Of a DNA stretch of 64,000 bases, positions 59,547-64,000 are shown piece by piece. The stretch is from the NCBI GenBank assembly GCA_000004985.1, contig GG738900.1; one strand, written 5' to 3'. The position numbers and the translations under genes are program-made. The first letter of the stretch is position 1. Every line of letters starts with the position of its first letter. A model generated the notes under the pieces. The model saw nothing but the letters and a program-made list of their open reading frames with translations, searched no databases and was not told where the DNA came from. This stretch comes from Naegleria gruberi. Lineage: Eukaryota.

Positions 59547-62081
59547 ATGGTAGCTTCCATACATCCTGTAAACTCTGACGACCAAGATGACAACCCTCAC
59601 CAAGCAGTCAAATCAGAAACAGACTCAGTTTTATCCGATCACACCTCTTCCTTCAATGCTCAATCCATCAAATTCTGCCTAATCTTCCTAATTAGTGGAC
59701 TAGTTATCTTGAGTGTTCTCGTCCTCTCTGGCACATGGTTAGCAAGTTTTGCTCCAGCCATTACAAAATCATCCAATGCTGAAAGAGATTCCGAATTGAA
59801 ATCAATCATTAATTATATTGAAACAACTTTTAAAGAATTGGTCATGTCTTCGGTGAATATTAAACAGCAAATGGTTGGGGATGGGATTGATCCGTATGAT
59901 GAGAAGGTGACTCGACAAAAGACATTTAGTGGATATAAGGTTAGTATTTAATTGTAATCTTTTACAAAAATTGTAATATTGTAATATTTCCAAATATAGA
60001 GTGTTAAGAAAAATCATGATGGAATGATAATATCGAGCTATGTTGGTGATCCAAACAATTACTGTTTTGGAACAATCAATTGGGGCAATGGCTCTGCAAT
60101 CTTTAACATTACCAAAGTTGACCAAAAAATTTACTATTGCGACAATTGGGAAGAAACACTTTTTTGTAATTCAAGTTCAACTCCAGATGAGATTGCAGCT
60201 TCTTTTGATTTAAGTGTCATTATCGCTCAATGCAAGGACACGCCAACTGTCATTTCCTACACGCCAAGTTATGCTGACCCAGCCATGCCTCAATATGTCT
60301 TTATTTCATTGATTAATTGTGTGGCTAATCCAGTTACCAACAAATTTTGGTATTATTACGGAAATGATTTGACTACGGGTTCAATTTCTGAATTTTTACA
60401 AAAGAAAGTTGAAACTTTGGAAGGATCGAGAAGTTTCATTGTCGAAACTTCGTCTGATTATTTGATTGCAGTTGATAATTCAGTGTCTATTTCAAGATGG
60501 GGAAGTGATGGTGCATTGGTGAGAGAAACAGCTCTTACTGTATCAGATTCGTCTATTAATTCGATTACTGCCACTACACGAAACTTTCATCAAAAATGGA
60601 AAGATTTCAAATGCAATGAAATCGAAGTTTCAACCTCATCAACAGATTACATCTCTGTTTATAGACTATGTACAGATACAAACATTGATTGGATCATTGT
60701 CTTGTCCATTCCTCAATGGAAATACATTGGATCAACAATCATTGCTGTCATCACTTCCTTAATTGGAAGTTTACTAATCGTAACTATTGGAATCGTATTG
60801 GGAATTGTTGTGTCCATAAAGATTGTTAAGCCATTCAGAAATTTGATGGATCTATTCGAAAGTGTGGCCAATATGGATTTGGATAACATTGAAGTGATTC
60901 CAAGTTATTTCTCCGAAGTTAAATCTTTGCAGAAACATTTCGTCAACATGGTCAAACAGATTAAACTCTATCGATCTTTCATTCCTGCTCATATATTGTC
61001 AGAATTGGATTCAGGTAATGAGGAGGAGAAAGTTGGAGGAGTTAAAGCTGCTTCAGGAAAGGTGGAGGAAAGTATGAGATCTAGCTCTGAACGAAACTCG
61101 ATGGAAAGTGGAAATTCGAAAGAATCAAGGATGGGTGCTCATTCATCAAAGCACTCATCGAATCAATCGTCAAGAAAGAGATATTCGAAAGATATTAATC
61201 GATTTGCTCTTTATTTGGAAAAGAGAACTTTTACTGTTATTCAATTAAGGATAAAAGGCCTTAACGAATTGTTGGGAAATACAGAATACGAAAATGTTAC
61301 CAAGATTCTAAGTGAAATATTCGAAACTATTACTGTGAGCAGTAAGCTATATGGTGTTCATGTTTCTGGTTTGGAAAATGACAATATTTACATTTCCATT
61401 AACGCTTCATCCAATCAGACGAATCATGAAGAGAAGGCAGCTACTCTTTCTCGAGCCTTAGAAGAAAGATTACTCAAACTCAAGTATTCGAAATGGAAAA
61501 ATTTGGAAAGTTTCAAGAAGAAACCATTCTTACTGGAAGATTTGACCTTTCGAATGGCCATCCACTCTGTTCAAAGTCACGTTGGTAATATTGGAACGAA
61601 TGACAGTAAGGCCTTCACCATACTTGGAAGTGGCAAGACCAATCTATCCGAAATGATTGAACTTGCCGATTCTCTTGACATTTCAATTGTTTGTTCTGAC
61701 AAAATCAAGGAAAAGATTGACGTTTCATTCCAGACAAGATTTTTGGATTTCCAACAATTTCTCAATGATTCACTCGTCATGTCAAGCTCAGCCACTAATA
61801 GAAATAGTAACAATGATGAGATGGTTAATTGTATGACGAGAGGTTCTGTGCACGAGTTGGGAGTTTCCAATCATGTTCAAGATGATGAATGGTTATACGA
61901 ATTGCAAGAGAAGGAGAAGAAACAAAAGTGGACACTGTATAATCAGGGAGTTGAGCATTTCTTGGAAGGAGATTTCGAATTGGCTTTGGAAAAGTTTAGT
62001 CAACATGCGATGAAAGATCCTACAGATAAGGCAGCAATTCGAATGGTGGAAAAGTGCAAGGACGTTGGAAATAATTTCTAA
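59547..62081 (+). CDS. Receptor-type membrane protein with a class III nucleotidyl-cyclase homology domain (apparently catalytically degenerate) and a C-terminal TPR-like tail, about 825 aa. Exons are 59547..59939 and 60000..62081.
   Basis: The order of domains is TM1 (FCLIFLISGLVILSVLVLSG), a roughly 250-aa extracytoplasmic Cache/CHASE-like region, TM2 (IIAVITSLIGSLLIVTIGIVLGIVVSI), a HAMP/CTE-like linker (LYRSFIPAHILSEL), a low-complexity insert, and then a cyclase-like core. The core reads TFTVIQLRIKGLNELL...YGVHVSGLENDNIYISI...AATLSRALEE...FRMAIHSVQSHVGNIGTNDSKAFTILGSGKTNLSEMIELA...SIVCSD. The metal-binding Asp of the FADIVGFT motif is replaced (IQLRIKG) and the transition-state Arg is replaced (NLSEM). 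The C-terminus WTLYNQGVEHFLEGDFELALEKF is TPR-like, as in many class III cyclases. Confidence 0.6.
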
Positions 62082-62108
62082 TAAACATTATTATGGTGAA
62101 TACGAAGA

Positions 62109-64000
62109 TTAAATAACCAATTTACTAAACTTGAGGAAGAGTGCTTGTGTTAATGTTCTGGTTTTTTCATTCTTGCTCATAATCATGCTACAGAAGGACA
62201 CGTGGAGGATCTTCCAATGTTTTAGGAATTGTTCATCCTTTAGTTCAGTATATCTTTCCAAGAGAATATCGACAAGATCGTTAAAAGTTGTGAAATAGTA
62301 ATCGGATGGAGATTTCACAATGAGAGAGGAGTATTGTTGGAAGATGGTATTAATGGTGGAAATGAATCCTTCCTCCTTCTCATTGATGGAATGATAAATG
62401 GTAAAGTAGGATTCGAATACAAGTGTCAAGGATTGAATTTCTACATCAATACTGCAGTTTGTAGATTTTTCAACATTGTAGGAATGATAATCAGTATAAC
62501 ATGAGGTGAGACTATCAATCAAATGTTGAACAATAGAGTCAATCTTGTTGTTTTTGAGTAGATAATCCTTGATAGATTTGACAGTCTTGATTACTTCACT
62601 TCTACACAAATTGCTATCTGAAATCTCTCCACATAATGAGTTTACATTTTCTGTTAAAAGATTCTTGATTATTTCACAAACATTCATCCAGCATTCCTCA
62701 GTAAAATTTTCTCCAAACAAGTCAATGAATAAGAGTAAATTTGAACAGCCAACTGTAACTAATTTCAAGCTCTTGAATTCTTTGCTTTCCTTTCTGAAAC
62801 AGGTTGGTAAAATTTCAAAAATGGATTTCAAAGCTGCACTATTATCAGAAAAGTAAGAAGTAAAAGCTGTTATCAATAACTTGATAGAGTCATCACCAAC
62901 TCTTTGTACCCAAACATTATTGGTATTATCATCCTTGAATTGGTCGAATATTGGTAATAAAACTCCTTTGAAAATTACATTCCAATTCTCTTTTGACAAT
63001 TTAGAAGGAAGGGCAGTTTCGAGGAGAGCTGCATGCAAAGCTTTAAATGCTTTAATTTGTACTTCCTCTCTATTATCATTAGAGACAACAGTTGCATAGC
63101 TTGAAAGAATTTGGTACCACTGTCCCAAGAAATCAACCTCCTCCATCTTCTCGCTAGATTTCTGAATGAGTTCAATAGCTTCTACAGACAACTTGCAGGT
63201 TACTTCACTGGCAAATTGACTGAGGCAATTGATCAAGTTACTGAATGCATTATTCTTTTGAACATTTTCAAAATGTTCACCTTCTTGCACAATACAACGA
63301 AGGACATTGAAAGCTTCATTTTCAGTGGCTGCAAAGCCAGCTGTCATGGAGAGCATGCCGAACAATTCCTTCCAACCTGGTTTGATAAATGAAGATCTGA
63401 CAAGCACAATTTGATGAACGGATTGAGTGACTAATTTTCTAACTTCCTTATCCAAACAAGTTTGATAGATACGAGTGAATGGTTGCAAGAATTGTTGTTG
63501 GTAATCAATGATGGACTCTTGTTCTAAAAGTTTCATGCACAACTTGCACAATGAGTCAATACAATAAAGAGCAAGGGTGGTATTCTTGGAGCTGGCAATT
63601 TGTGAAATGAATGGACAAATATGACTCTCCCACAAGGTATCCAAAATGGTATTGATACGGTGCATGTTCAAATACAAGCTCTCAATAACTTTCTTCAAGT
63701 AAAAGATGAGATTGGTACTCTTCTTCTTACACAATCCTTCAATGTAGAAGGTAAGAGATTCCTCACTCAATTTTTCACAATTAAACACAATTCTATCGAC
63801 AATGTCAGGATCTATGGCTTTGAGCATTGGGGTTTTATCGACAGTATCAAAAATGTGCAATCTATCAATTTCTGCAATAATGTCAATGATATCACTCCAG
63901 GCATCTTTGATATTGTTTCCTTCTGTCTCTGCCAATTCTAACAAGAGTTTCAATGCTTCGACATGTCTTGCCCGTAATTGACTCTTGAGTCCAGTGCATT
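62109..64000 (-). CDS. C-terminal part of a large alpha-helical HEAT/ARM-repeat protein. The CDS is partial and continues beyond the window end. It may be the C-terminal region of a Sec7-family ArfGEF (BIG/GBF) or a MON2-like protein.
   Basis: The frame is open from 64000 to the stop at 62109, more than 630 codons, with no in-window start; the ORF track M is a TTG. The sequence is a repetitive amphipathic-helix composition typical of ARM/HEAT solenoids. Confidence 0.45.
   Translation of the reverse strand, partial: CTGLKSQLRARHVEALKLLLELAETEGNNIKDAWSDIIDIIAEIDRLHIFDTVDKTPMLKAIDPDIVDRIVFNCEKLSEESLTFYIEGLCKKKSTNLIFYLKKVIESLYLNMHRINTILDTLWESHICPFISQIASSKNTTLALYCIDSLCKLCMKLLEQESIIDYQQQFLQPFTRIYQTCLDKEVRKLVTQSVHQIVLVRSSFIKPGWKELFGMLSMTAGFAATENEAFNVLRCIVQEGEHFENVQKNNAFSNLINCLSQFASEVTCKLSVEAIELIQKSSEKMEEVDFLGQWYQILSSYATVVSNDNREEVQIKAFKALHAALLETALPSKLSKENWNVIFKGVLLPIFDQFKDDNTNNVWVQRVGDDSIKLLITAFTSYFSDNSAALKSIFEILPTCFRKESKEFKSLKLVTVGCSNLLLFIDLFGENFTEECWMNVCEIIKNLLTENVNSLCGEISDSNLCRSEVIKTVKSIKDYLLKNNKIDSIVQHLIDSLTSCYTDYHSYNVEKSTNCSIDVEIQSLTLVFESYFTIYHSINEKEEGFISTINTIFQQYSSLIVKSPSDYYFTTFNDLVDILLERYTELKDEQFLKHWKILHVSFCSMIMSKNEKTRTLTQALFLKFSKLVI

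Overview
This window is eukaryotic nuclear DNA, not prokaryotic. It is roughly 65% AT, has short spliceosomal introns with GTAAGT/GTATGT donors and (T)AG acceptors, poly-Asn/Gln/Ser/Thr coding tracts, two nuclear-type tRNA genes and TAA-biased stops. The overall character matches a dictyostelid social amoeba (Amoebozoa); the exact species cannot be determined from the sequence. I see about 25 protein-coding genes, most with one to five exons and tight spacing (50-900 bp intergenic), and no CRISPR array, operon or prokaryotic defence system. Gene order from start to end: a possible 3' exon fragment, tRNA-Thr, a split-RGS-domain protein, a secreted DNase I, an S/T/P-rich protein, a low-complexity protein, a Bub3-like WD40 protein, an OSCA/TMEM63-like channel, an AMSH-type JAMM deubiquitinase, an EF-hand type-II NADH dehydrogenase, a conserved unknown, tRNA-Ser, a SAM-domain protein, a multi-pass membrane protein, and a giant EGF-repeat type-I membrane protein of at least 7,100 codons. 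The giant gene is interrupted by a 4,945-nt assembly gap. After it come a convergent cytochrome P450 / flavin monooxygenase pair, Tudor-SN, the FACT subunit SSRP1/Pob3, an EF-hand protein, a coiled-coil membrane protein, a nodulin-like MFS transporter, a receptor-type protein with an apparently degenerate class III cyclase domain, and the 3' part of a large HEAT/ARM protein that runs off the window. The two most unusual loci are the giant EGF-repeat gene, which carries near-identical internal tandem and segmental repeats and a doubled uncharacterised ~250-aa module, and the receptor-like pseudo-cyclase. All exon boundaries were derived by hand from splice motifs and frame continuity and remain predictions.
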